Source: Macrostomum lignano (Eukaryota). From it: DNA of 64,000 nucleotides. This document shows positions 47,305 through 59,114 of this stretch, one piece after another. Both the position numbers and the translations under genes were made by a program. The notes under the pieces are model-generated. The model did no database searches. It was given only the letters and a program-made list of their open reading frames with translations, and was not told where the DNA came from. The DNA is taken from the NCBI GenBank assembly GCA_002269645.1, contig NIVC01002006.1, forward strand, positions 62,001-126,000, read 5' to 3'. Every line of letters starts with the position of its first letter. The stretch's first letter is position 1.

Positions 47305-47948
47305 TGCCATGATGCCATGACTCAATGGGGAGGTGCTGAGATGCCATGACTCAATGGGGAGGTGCTGAGATGCCATGACTCAATGGGGAGGTGCTGAGAT
47401 GCCATGACTCAATGGGGAGGTGCTGAGAATTGCCATGACTCAATGGGGAGCTGCTGAGATGCCTTGACTCAATGGGGAGGTGCTGAGATGCCATGACTCA
47501 ATGGGGAGCTGCTGAGATGCCATGACTCAATAGGAGGTGCTGAGATGCCATGACTCAATGGGAAGTGCTGAGATGCCATGACTCAATGGGGAAGTGCTGA
47601 GATGCCATGACTCAATGGGGAGGTGCTGAGATGCCATGACTCAATGGGAGGTGCTGAGATGCCATGACTCAATGGGGAAGTGCTGAGATGCCATGACTCA
47701 ATGGGGAGGTGCTGAGATGCCATGACTCAATGGGAGGTGCTGAGATGCCATGACTCAATGGGGAAGTGCTGAGATGCCATGACTCAATGGGGAGCTGCTG
47801 AGATGCCATGACTCAATGGGAAGTGCTGAGATGCCATGACTCAATGGGAGGTGCTGAGATGCCATGACTCAATGGGAGGTGCTGAGATGCCATGACTCAA
47901 TGGGGAAGTGCTGAGATGCCATGACTCAATGGGGAGGTGCTGAGATGC
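47305..47948. repeat. 28-29-bp minisatellite (GCCATGACTCAATGGGGAGGTGCTGAGAT)x22
   Basis: Each unit contains TGACTCA. Confidence 0.96.
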
Positions 47949-48135
47949 CGAGGCAGAAGTCAAATTGGCGCAATATCTCAGCATTTTCATCTTTCGCTCC
48001 CATAAGTGCCAGTTTCTAAAAATTTGGAAAAATTCCCAAAATCTTCCACCAATGCATATCAAAGAAAACTCAGGCCTTCAAAAAATAATTTGTCCTCAGT
48101 TGTAACGCGTCTTCCTCTTAATCGTCCTAGGAATT

Positions 48136-49698
48136 TCACTTGTCAGCAGCCTGACTGATGCCTGACCCTGACGCGCCCCCGCTGCCCCCGACGCCGCCGC
48201 ACTCGGTGCACACGACCTTCTCCCCATCGGCCAAGAAGCCTTTGCCAACCAGGCTGGCGCCGCAGCGGGCGCAGTTGAAGCACTGCGAGTGCCAGTCACG
48301 CTGCTCGAACGAGATGAACTTGCTGCCAGTGAAGCCGGTGATCGGCTTCAAGCAGGCGGAGCAGCGCCTGGCGAACAGCTCGCCGTAGCAGTCGCCGCAG
48401 AACGGCCGGTCCTCGTGCGAGGTGAACTTGAGGCCGCAGAGGGGCTTGGCGCAGTGGCCGCACACCAGACAGTCCGAGTGGTACGGCCGGCCTTTGTAGC
48501 TCACGCCGCCTTTGCGAATGACCTGAGCGGGATTTTGGCCGACGGCTTGTGTTCGATGGGAGTGTACATCTAGCCTGGCTATCATAGCAACGCCATAGCA
48601 ACGCCATAGCAACTCCATAGCAACGTCATAGCAACTCCATAGCAACGTCATAGCAACTCCATAGCAACGTCATAGCAACTCCATAGCAACGTCATAGCAA
48701 CTCCATAGCAACGTCATAGCAACTCCATAGCACAGCATAGCAACTCCATAGCAAAGTCAAAGCAACGCCATAGCAACGTCATAGCAACTCCATAGCAACG
48801 TCATAGCAACTCTAGCAATTCCATAACAACTATATGGAAGCGCGATAGCAACTGTTTTTAGTTTCCATAGCAACACCATAGCATTTTTAACAGCTATATA
48901 AAAGTATGTAACAACTTCGTAACTCCATAGCAGATAGCACTGCCAATAGCAACTCAATAGCAACATTATAGCATCACCATTGCAACTCCATATTAAATCA
49001 GTAAAATGGAGCCATAGCAACCCCATAGAAACTCAATAGCAACTCCATAGCAACTCCATAGAAACCCCATAGCAACCATAGCAACCCCAAAGGAACTCCA
49101 TAGAAACGCCATAGCAACCAGCACAGCAACAGCCCACCTGTCTGCAGTCGGCGCAACGCTGGGCATACTTGGCCTCGTAGCAGGCCATGCAGCAGCACTC
49201 GGCCGACTCGTCATTGGCGCCACTTCCGCCGCGCGGAATGAAGCTGGCGCCGCCGATCTGGGCGCCGCACTCGCAGCAGAGGAAGCAGCTGTCGTGGTAC
49301 TGGCGCGACCGGAACTCGAACTTCCTCTGGCCAGCTTTGAACGCCTCCCGGCAGCGGCTGCAGCGCTCGGCGAAGCGAGTCTCGTAGCACATCAGGCAGT
49401 AGATGGCGTCGGACTTCACCGAGAAGGAGCTCCCGGCCAGCTGGGCGGAGCAGCCGGCGCACCGGAAGCAGGCCTCGTGCCAGTGGCGCTGGCCGTAGCT
49501 CACGTCCTTGGAGTCGCAGCCGATCTTCGCTCCGCAGGCGGCGCAGGTGTTGGCCAGGCGGCTGTCAAAGCAGCTGAGGCAGGCGGGCTCCTTGTCGTCA
49601 AGGAGGACGTAGCGACAGCCGGCCAGAGCGCAGCTGCACTGGGAGCAGGCCAGGGCGATGGGAGGCGGCTGCTGCTGCGGCTGGTTTTCGGTTGACAT
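48136..49698 (-). CDS. FHL2: Four-and-a-half LIM domain protein (FHL2/limpet-like, ~315 aa)
   Basis: Exons 49698-49138 and 48522-48136, phase 0. A half LIM (CSQC...CLSC) is followed by four LIM domains, e.g. CAAC...HWHEACFRCAGC...YCLMC and CSAC...DWHSQCFNCARC...VCTEC. An acceptor 3 nt before the ATG leaves room for upstream exons. Confidence 0.92.
48580..49115. repeat. CATAGCAAC-based degenerate minisatellite in the FHL intron
   Basis: Tandem CTCCATAGCAACGTCATAGCAA-like units. Confidence 0.88.
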
Positions 49699-49789
49699 TG
49701 CCTGCCGATATGCCCGGAGATCGGATGAGGAAATTCATTGAGAAAATTTTATCTGCAACTGTAACAAACTTTGTCTGCCTAATGAACAC

Positions 49790-50965
49790 AAGTTGGCTCT
49801 TAAATAAACACAGACTTGGCTCCTAAATAAACACAAAGTTGGTTCCTTAGTAAACACAAACTTGGCTCCTAAATAAACACAAACTTGGCTCCTAAATAAA
49901 CACAAACTTGATTTACTATAAACACAAACTTGGCTCCTAAATAAACAAAGTTAGCTCTTAAATAAACACAAACTTGGTTCCTTAGTAAACACAAACTTGG
50001 CTACTAAATAAACACAAACTTGGCTCCTGAATAAACACAAAATTGATTTACTATAAACACAAACTTGACTCCTAAATAAACACAAAGTTGGCTCCTAAAT
50101 AAACACAAACTTGACTCCTAAATAAACACAAAGTTGGCTCCTAAATAAACACAAACTTGGCTTCTTCATAAACACAAACTTCGTCTCCCACAAAAACTGT
50201 AACACCCACACACAAACTGTAACACCCCACACAAACTAACACCCACACACAACTGTAACACCCACACACAAACTGTAACACCAACACAAACTGTAACACC
50301 CACACACAAACTGTAACACCCCCACACAATCTGTAACACCCCCACACAAACTGTAACACCCCACACAATCTGTAACACCCACACACAACTGTAACACCCA
50401 GACACAAACTGTAACACCCCACACAATCTGTAACACCCACACACAACTGTAACACCCACACACAAACTGTAGCACCCACACACAACTGTAACACCCACAC
50501 ACAAACTGTAACACCCCACACAAACTGTAACACCCACACACAACTGTAACACCCACACACAAACTGCAACACCCACACACAACTGTAACACCCACACACA
50601 AACTGTAGCACCCACACACAACTGTAACACCCACACACAAACTGTAACACCCACACACGAACTGTAACACCCACACACAAACTGTAACACCCACACACAA
50701 ACTGTAACACCCACACACAAACTGTAACACCCACACACAACTGTAACACCCACACACAAACTGTAACACCCACACACAAACTGTAACACCCACACACAAC
50801 TGTAACACCCACACACAACTGTAACACCCACACACAAACTGTAGCACCCACACACAACTGTCACACCCACACACAAACTGTAACACCCACACACAAACTG
50901 TAACACCCACACACAAACTGTAACACCCACACACAACTGTAACACCCACACACAAACTGTAACAC
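49790..50965. repeat. Two adjacent minisatellites: CCTAAATAAACACAAACTTGGCT-like (49790-50180) and CTGTAACACCCACACACAAA-like (50195-50965)
   Basis: Directly visible. Confidence 0.93.
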
Positions 50966-51784
50966 CCCAAGCAAACACATTTTTATCATTTCCCGCCTGT
51001 CCAACCAGAGTGCATATTGCTACAGTCAGACACTAAGCACCGCACGCATTTCTCATGGGCAACACTTGACGACCATTTTTTCTAACCTTCCTGTTGTCTC
51101 CGCTAGCAACAGTTTGATTACAGGTTAGTTGCTAAATTAAGCAAATATTTATGCAGTTCTTGTTCGCACAGAGGTGTCGCAGTTATGAAAGATTCAGTTG
51201 TTGAATTGACCGCACTGCAAAAGTACCCAATAGCAGCAGCATTGAATTACTGTATGAAATTTAGTGCGTCCCAGAATTTCGGTCAAAAACTTGTTCGCGA
51301 AGATATCAGATATTTTATAAGGCCACTATCTGCGCAGCGGGCGGGTCGGGCATTGACTATTGCAGGAAAATAGAGGAAAGTTTTGCCTCCTATTTGCTGT
51401 CTGAAATTGGGAACAAGGGGGGCATTGCAGTTTGCCAATTTCCCGTCACTAATGGAGACCCTAGCTCAGCCTCCTTCATCACCCAGCCGGGAAAATCTGT
51501 CCGAATCAGACCTGCCGCAGCGCTGCTGGGAAATTCGAATGCTAAAATATTACCGAAAACTAAAACCTTAACTGGCGTCGGGTTTCAGCCGTTCCTTTTA
51601 TTCTTTCTGCTGAACTTGTTTTCTTAATGCAGAAACGCGGCTTTTAACTCTGCGCGCTGTTGATAACAAAGTGCTGATGTACTTTAATGCCTTTTGCGCC
51701 GCTGCGCAGGCCCAGTTGCGTAAATACAAAACTATTGGATGCGAAATGTTTGCGATAACACAGTCCGGGCGGTGCGGTTAGTGG

Positions 51785-52250
51785 TGGGGGAGGGGGTTTG
51801 GCCTGTGGGGAGGGGGTTGGGTCTGTGGGGAGAGGGTTTGGCCTGTGGGGAGGGGGTTGGGTCTGTGGGAGGGGGTTGGGTCTGTAGGGAGGATTGGTCT
51901 GTGGGGAGGGGTTGGGTCTGTAGGGGGGATTGGGTCTGTGGGGAGGGGTTGGGTCTGTGGGGAGGGGTTTGGTCTGTAGGGAGGGGTTGGGTCTGTGGGG
52001 AGGATTGGGTCTGTGGGGAGGGGGTTTGGTCTGTGGGGAGGGGGTTGGGTCTGTGGGGAGAGGGTTTGGTCTGTGGGGAGAGGGTTGGGTCTGTGGGGAG
52101 GGGGTTGGGTCTGTGGGGAGGGGTTGGGTCTGTGGGGAGAGGGTTTGGTCTGTGGGGAGAGGGTTGGGTCTGTGGGGAGGGGGTTGGGTCTGTGTGGAGG
52201 GGGTTGGGTCTGTGTGGAGGGGGTTGGGTCTGTGTGGAGGGTTTTGGGTC
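51785..52250. repeat. G-rich ~20-21-bp minisatellite (GGTTGGGTCTGTGGGGAGGG)n
   Basis: Dense G-runs. Confidence 0.92.
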
Positions 52251-53309
52251 TTTAGGTTACTGAGTTCTGCGTCTTCAGCAGAACCAAGGCTGTTCATTGG
52301 AGCGTCAAAGTTTGTTTATAAGGCACTTTACCCGAGACCAACGAGAGAAAATGAAATTCTGTGTCATTAATGCAGATCACGGATGCGGCGGCTGTGGAAG
52401 ATGATTTATGACGTGGCTGAGAAAAGTCTGTATAACTGGGATAGAAAACTCTGATATCCCAATAGGAAATCCCTGTTTACAGCACAGCTACGCCCGACCC
52501 GCATAGAAAAGTTTTTTGCTGTGGAAGCAGATCTAAGAACTTATAAAAGTACATTTGCTTGCAACTACTTTCGCAGCAGATAAAAAGTGCAATGAAGCCA
52601 GCATCATCCAGGTCCCAGATCCCATCTTTACCCGCACTGTTCGATCAACTGCGGCACCGCATAGCTGGGCGTACAAACAAAATGTCAGGCAAGCAAGCGG
52701 GCTGCTATAAGGACAATCGAGATTTTACAACCAATTTTATTCATCCTAACTCTCGTCTCCAGCTGTCAGTCGAATTTGGTTTGCACTTGAACAAACCCTT
52801 GCTGTAATTTAGCAATTTGATGACTTGCTTTACTGACCAGCACTGCTCATTGACGCATGGCTCATTGCTCATAGCGGGTATGGCTCATGTAGCTCATAGC
52901 GGGCATGACTCATAGTTCATATATGTAGAAATAAGATAACTTACCCTGTATAATATTATTCAAGAAACAATTTAAAAATGACGAACTCGTCGGTTGGACC
53001 TCTGACTTCTTTTTTAAGCTCTTGGGATAAAACAACTGGGAGTCAAAGTCTTCACTCTTCCCTCTTTCCAATAACCTTGGCCTGATAAAACGCCATCTCG
53101 GCAAAGTTTGTTTTATCAGACAAAATCTCGACTATAGCCAATGAGAATGCGGCAGAGCGCAAAGACAGCGACTTCTTAGACTAAACGCGTATTGGCTGAA
53201 AACTTGGAACCCCTGGGTTGGCTCTACCTGCTGTCTCTCTTCAAGCTCACACTTCAATATAATTCTTAAATCTCTCGAGTGTGCTTGCTTGTCCGTATGA
53301 GCTATGAAC

Positions 53310-54475
53310 TAAATGCAGTGAAGCTATGATCAGCTATGAGCCATGCTCTTATGACCAATGAGCCATTCCACTATAAGCTATGAGCCATGTTGCGATGAGC
53401 TATGAGCCATGTCGCTATGAGCCATGCCGCCTTGAGCTATGAGCCATGTCGCTATGAGCTATGAGCCATGTCGCTATGAGCTATGAGCCATGCCGCCCTG
53501 AGCTATGAGTCATGTCACTATGCGATATGAGTCATGGCGGTATGAGCTATGAGCCATGGTGCAAGGAGCTATGAGCCATGTCGCTATGAGCTATGAGCCA
53601 TGCCGCCCTGAGCTATGAGTCATGTCGCTATGAGCTATGAGCCATGCCGCCCTGAGCTATGAGCCATGTCACTATGCGATACGAGTCATGGCGGTATGAG
53701 CTATGAGCCATGGTGCAAGGAGCTATGAGCCATGTCGCTATGAGCTATGAGCCATGCCGCCCTGAGCTATGAGTCATGTCGCTATGAGCTATGAGCCATG
53801 CCGCCCTGAGCTATGAGCCATGTCGCTATGAGCTATGATCCATGTCGCTATGAGCTATGTCGCTATGAGCTATGAGCCATGTGGCTATGAGCTATGTCGC
53901 TATGAGCTATGAGCCATGCCGCCCTGAGCGATGAGTCATGTCGCTATGAGCTATGAGCCATGTCGCTATGAGCTATGTCGCTATGAGCTATGAGCCATGT
54001 CGCTATGAGCTATGTCGCTATGAGCTATGAGCCATGTCGCTATGAGCTATGATGTTGTGTATGGACTTTTGGTTTAGCAAATGCACTAATGCTTCCCTTC
54101 TTTTGTCTATAGTCTAGGGTACAATCTTTTATTTCTTTAAGAGCCGAAGGCTAACAGTATTACAAAGGGCAGGCAAGACGTGCGCCGGCTAGAGGCAAAT
54201 AAAGCTTGTGAACAGCTCGTATTTTAAATAATGCTTCTTCGACTTGACTTTGATGTCAGATGGTAGCCTGGAGGCAATAGTCGGTATAGAAACAGAAGAA
54301 GAGGACATAACATATGACCCATGTCGCTATAAGCTATGAGCCATGCCGCTATGAGCTATGAGTCATGTCGCTATGAGCTATGACCCATGTCGCTATAAGC
54401 TATGAGCCATGCCGCTATGAGCTATGAGTCATGTCGCTATGAGCTATGAGCCATGTCGCTATGAGCTATGAGCCA
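53310..54475. repeat. GAGCTATGAGCCATGTCGCTAT-type minisatellite, two blocks (53310-54050, 54315-54475)
   Basis: Directly visible. Confidence 0.92.
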
Positions 54476-55084
54476 CAGCATCTCTCAGGCGTCTCCGTGA
54501 GGCAATTAATTCCAAAAAAATTCAGCAAAACTCGGAGACTCGATAGCCGATAAAAATAAACCCAGACAATCCAAGCTGGGCGAAAGAGCTGCCCTATAAA
54601 AGAATCAATTATCTCAGACTCAGGCGGCCGCACCCAGCTCAGAATAATAATCGAATCTGCAGCCCCCCCCCACCCAGCCAAGTCAACAGGAAACCCAACA
54701 TAATAAAACTATAGAGAGCTGGATAAGTTGATAGTCTAACCGGGAGAACCAATCGCTTTCTAATAAAATGAAAGGCTCGCAGACAGCCTCAGACAAACTC
54801 AATTAATTCTGGAAGCGCTGAGTCGGCTGGACTGAGCAGCTAAACGCACAGCGAGACCCCCAGCCAAGTATCGGCCAACTACGAGGCAAAATAAAGCAAT
54901 ACTAAGAAAACGGTAAGATGCGAAATGCAGTCAGACTTGCGGTCCGGGAAATGAGCGATAAACTTGAGTGCAGAAAAACAAACTTCTCTGCTCTAATCTC
55001 TTTAGCTTCTGAAGTCTACTGGATGCAGACTCGATAAGCACTAAGCACTACCAAGACTCACTGTCCTGGTTTAGAGTCCGTGAA

Positions 55085-55560
55085 AAAGAGACAGACAGCC
55101 AGACAGACAGGCAGGCTGCAGACACTAAGACAGACAGCCAGACAGACAGGCAGGCTGCAGACACTAAAACAGACAGCCAGACAGACAGGCAGGCTGCAGA
55201 CACTAAGACAGACAGCCAGACAGACAGGCAGGCTGCAGACACTAAGACAGACAGCCAGACAGACAGGCAGGCTGCAGACACTAAAACAGACAGCCAGACA
55301 GACAGGCAGGCTGCAGACACTAAGACAGACAGCCAGACAGACAGGCAGGCATGCGCCATGCAGACAAGCAGACAGACAGTCAGACAGACGGATAGACAGA
55401 CAGACGGACACGCAGGCAGGCAGACAGACACAGACAGACAGATGGATAGACAGACAGACGGACAGACAGACAGACACAGACAGACAGACACAGACAGACA
55501 GACAGATGGATAGACAGACAGACAGACAGGCAGCCAGACAGGCAGACAGGAAGGCATGCA
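55085..55560. repeat. 39-bp minisatellite (AAGACAGACAGCCAGACAGACAGGCAGGCTGCAGACACT) decaying into (GACA)n
   Basis: About 7 copies followed by a degenerate GACA run. Confidence 0.92.
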
Positions 55561-56064
55561 GGCACTAAGACGGAAAGTCAGACAGACATGCAGACAGGCA
55601 CATGTACAGCTGAGGCGAGCAGACGCGCATGACTGAGCTCAAGTTATTATGTATGCTTAGTACGAGTTTTGAGCTCGCTAGCAGCTCTGAGACCAGTGGG
55701 AACCTTAGAAATTCTCAGACAGAATTAGCAATCCCAGGAGCCCAAAAAATGAGTGATGAGGAAGAAAGTGAAAGCGACGTGGCGCCGCAGAAGCCTGGAG
55801 AAGCGGATGCTCCCGCCGATCCATCAAATATAAAAATAGAAAGACAATCAGTTGGATGCCATCAGTGAAGCTTCTCCGCACTCACTACCGCCGGTCAGCG
55901 GTATAAACAAAGACTTGTGGCAAAGTTGACATAGGCTAATTTATTATGGTACAGAAAGTGTTCGAAACAAGTTCACAGGTTTATACTTTAACATATAACT
56001 GCATATTGAACTTGATAAGTAGTGCTTAAAAAAGCTTTAGAAGTGGGTCATAATGTGTCTCAAT

Positions 56065-56565
56065 TGAAAGTTGGTCACTGGGTCACGAATGACTCATCAA
56101 TGTGAACCCGCAAGTGGGTCACGCATGACTCATCAGTGTGAATCCGCAAGTGGGTCACGCATGACTCATCAGTGTGAATCCGTATAAGTGGGTCACGCAT
56201 GACTCATCAGTGTGAATCCGCAAGTGGGTCACGCATGACTCATCAGTGTGAATCCGTATAAGTGGGTCACGCATGACTCATCAGTGTGAATCCGTAAGTG
56301 GGTCACTGGGTCAGGCATGACTCATCCACAAGTGGGTCACTGGGTCAGGCATGACTTATCCACAACTGGGTCACGCATGACTCATCAGTGTGAATCCCTA
56401 AGTGGGTCAGGCATGACTCATCAGTGTGAATCCCTAAGTGGGTCAGGCATGACTCATCAGTGTGAATCCCTAAGTGGGTCAGGCATGACTCATCAGTGTG
56501 AATCCGTAAGTGGGTCACTGGGTCATGCGTGACTCATGTGTGAATCCGCAAGTGGGTCACGCATG
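56065..56565. repeat. ~36-bp minisatellite (GTGGGTCACGCATGACTCATCAGTGTGAATCCGCAA)n
   Basis: About a dozen units, most containing ATGACTCAT. Confidence 0.93.
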
Positions 56566-56639
56566 CCTCATAAGTCAGCACACTGCCATATTGGCGAGCA
56601 GAATTCCAGCTAAGGTCTCAGAATTGCAACAGGTCAGGG

Positions 56640-57377
56640 TCAGCACCGCAGCCCTCGACCCAAATCGCACACCACCTTGGTGTTGGGCATTCGCTCAGCC
56701 ATCTCCATGCTGAGCGCCGCCAGCTCCTCGGGTTCCACAGCCAGCAGGCGGGTCAGGCGGAGCAGCCGCAGCTGCTGCATGCAGGCCAGTGAGCGAATCC
56801 TGCTGGCTGTCAAGCATTCGACTCCGCACAGGTGCAACTCTTCAAGGCTGTCAGGAGCGGCGGCCAGGTACCGAACCAGGAGATCGCCGGACGAGAACGC
56901 GCAGCCGATGAGGCTGAGAGACTGCAGGCGGTTTAAACTGGACAAGCTGCTGAACCAGCTGACGTGAGCTCGGTTCCTGCTCAAGTAGGCGCTAGTCAGC
57001 CGAAGCTCGGACGCTGGCACGATGCCGGAGGTGACCAGAGCTTCCAGCTGGCGACGGTCTCGGATCGGGTAGGGCAGCGGCGAGTTGCAGAACTCCAGAC
57101 GGCAGTCCTGCGAGCCGTCAATGTCGGGCAGGAGCACCTCCCAGGCGAAGCGGATGTCCGGACCGCTGTCGCGGTGCCAGATGGTGAGCAGGCCATCATT
57201 GGCTGCCGAGGCCGAGGTCGAGTCCACGGAGGTGGACGAAGGCGGGAACAGCATGCGGACGAGAAGTCGGCGCCAGAAGGTCTCGGAGTTGCCGCCGGAC
57301 AGCCGGCGGCGGAAGCGGACGGGCAGGGCCGATGAGCGCCCAGTGTGGGGCAGCAGTCTGGAAACCAGGTGCAGCGG
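56640..57377 (-). CDS. DMAC2L: Mitochondrial LRR protein of the ATP synthase subunit s (factor B) / DMAC2 family
   Basis: The frame is open from an acceptor at 57377 to the stop at 56640. It encodes an Arg-rich presequence-like PLHLVSRLLPHTGRSSALPVRFRRRLS, then FWRRLL, GPDIRFAWEVLL and LRR segments LQSLSLIGC...DSLEELHLCG...LRLLRLTRLLAV...ERMPNTKVV. These align by eye with ATP5S/DMAC2 proteins. The first in-frame ATG (57254) lies downstream of the FW motif. Confidence 0.72.
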   Translation of the reverse strand, partial: PLHLVSRLLPHTGRSSALPVRFRRRLSGGNSETFWRRLLVRMLFPPSSTSVDSTSASAANDGLLTIWHRDSGPDIRFAWEVLLPDIDGSQDCRLEFCNSPLPYPIRDRRQLEALVTSGIVPASELRLTSAYLSRNRAHVSWFSSLSSLNRLQSLSLIGCAFSSGDLLVRYLAAAPDSLEELHLCGVECLTASRIRSLACMQQLRLLRLTRLLAVEPEELAALSMEMAERMPNTKVVCDLGRGLRC

Positions 57378-57464
57378 CTGCAGAGCGATGATGGCGGGGA
57401 TTGCGGCCCCAATGTATATGGTGGCTGTGCTGTGATGCTGGCTTAAGCTGGACCGGGGGTCTGG

Positions 57465-58580
57465 GAGGCCCGCTCAGCAACTGACACTGGGAGGCTGGCC
57501 CAGCAACTGAGGATCTGGGAGGCTGGCCCAACAACTGAGGATTTGGGAGGCTGGCCCAGCAACTGAGGATCTGGGAGGCTGGCCCAGCAACTGAGAGTCT
57601 GGGAGGCTGGCCCAGCAACAGAGGATCTGGGAGGCTGGCCCAGCAACTGAGGATATGGGAGGCTGGTCCAGCAACTGAGGATCTGGGAGGCTGGCCCAGC
57701 AACTGGGGATCTGGGATTCTGGCCAGCAACTGAGGGTCTGGGAGGCCGGCCCAGCAACTGAGGATTTGGGAGGCTGGCCCAGCAACTGAGGATCTGGGAA
57801 GCTAGTCCAGCAACTGAGGATCTGGGAGGCTGGCCCAGCAACTGACACTCTGGGATACTGGCCCAGCAACTGAGGATTTGGGAGGCTGGCCCAGCAACTG
57901 AGGATTTGGGAGGCTGGCCCAGCAACTGAGGATTTGGGAGGCTGGCCCAGCAACTGAGAGTCTGGGAGGCTGGCCCAGCAACTGAGGATTTAGGAGGCTG
58001 GCCCAGCAACTGAGGATCTGGGAGGCTGGCCCAGCAACTGAGGATCTGGGAGGCTGGCCCAGCAACTGAGGATCTGGGAGGCTGGCCCAGCAACTGGGGA
58101 TCTGGGATTCTGGCCCAGCAACTGAGGGTCTGGGAGGCCGGCCCAGCAACTGAGGATTTGGGAGGCTGGCCCAGCAACTGAGGATCTGGGAAGCTAGTCC
58201 AGCAACTGAGGATCTGGGAGGCTGGCCCAGCAACTGACACTCTGGGATACTGGCCCAGCAACTGAGGATTTGGGAGGCTGGCCCAGCAACTGAGGATTTG
58301 GGAGGCTGGCCCAGCAACTGAGAGTCTGGGAGGCTGGCCCAGCAACTGAGGATTTAGGAGGCTGGCCCAGCAACTGAGGATCTGGGAGGCTGGCCCAGCA
58401 ACTGAGGATCTGGGAGGCTGGCCCAGCAACTGAGGATCTGGGAGGCTGGCCCAGCAACTGACACTCTGGGATACTGGCCCAGCAACTGAGGATCTGGGAG
58501 GCTGGCCCAGCATCTGAGGATCTGGGAGGCTGGCCCAGCAACTGAAGATCTGGGAGCGTGCCAGAGGCCCAGCAACTGAG
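57465..58580 (-). repeat. Same 28-bp minisatellite, array 3, with a 392-bp (14-unit) higher-order duplication
   Basis: Variant units (GAAGCTAGTCCAG, GGGGATCTGGGATTC) recur 392 bp apart. Confidence 0.96.
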
Positions 58581-59114
58581 GTGAGCAGTCTGAATAAAGC
58601 TTCGAGACTGCATTCAGTAAGTACATTTAAGAAGAAATGGAAGTGCTCAAAATTCATTGCAATCAGCATTTAACCAGCCAAGGCTAAGGTGCTAGTGGAT
58701 AAATTGGCAGTGCAAGCCTGCAGTCAGAGTGTATTTAATATTTTCAACGCGAATGTCAGTCAGTGCCAGCCAAGGTCAAACAGATGCACTTTCCCCAGTT
58801 TAATAGTTAAGAAACCCTTAAGTAAGAATATTGCTAATAAAAATCGAGAACAAGAGTGACAGGGCCTGCTTATTGATTCAACTGAGCCAAAGTTACATTA
58901 GGACGCAACGACAGTTAAAGATTAAAGAGGGCTGTTAAAAGAGTTTTGTTCAAACTTTGACAAGGAAACAGGAGAATAGGACAGACTCGGGGATGCAGAA
59001 TGCAGAGCAGTTTAGGAAACAAGTTAAACAACACTTAAAATTCACAAGTCCGCCAGCTTAGTCACTGACACTTCTTATAATTCCCAACATTTCATCCCAA
59101 CATTGACTTCGAAT

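Noticed and set aside
55749-55868. Acidic mini-ORF MSDEEESESDVAPQKPGEADAPADPSNIKIERQ on the plus strand
   Set aside because: It looks protein-like but is only 39 codons, with no convincing donor, partner exons or domain.
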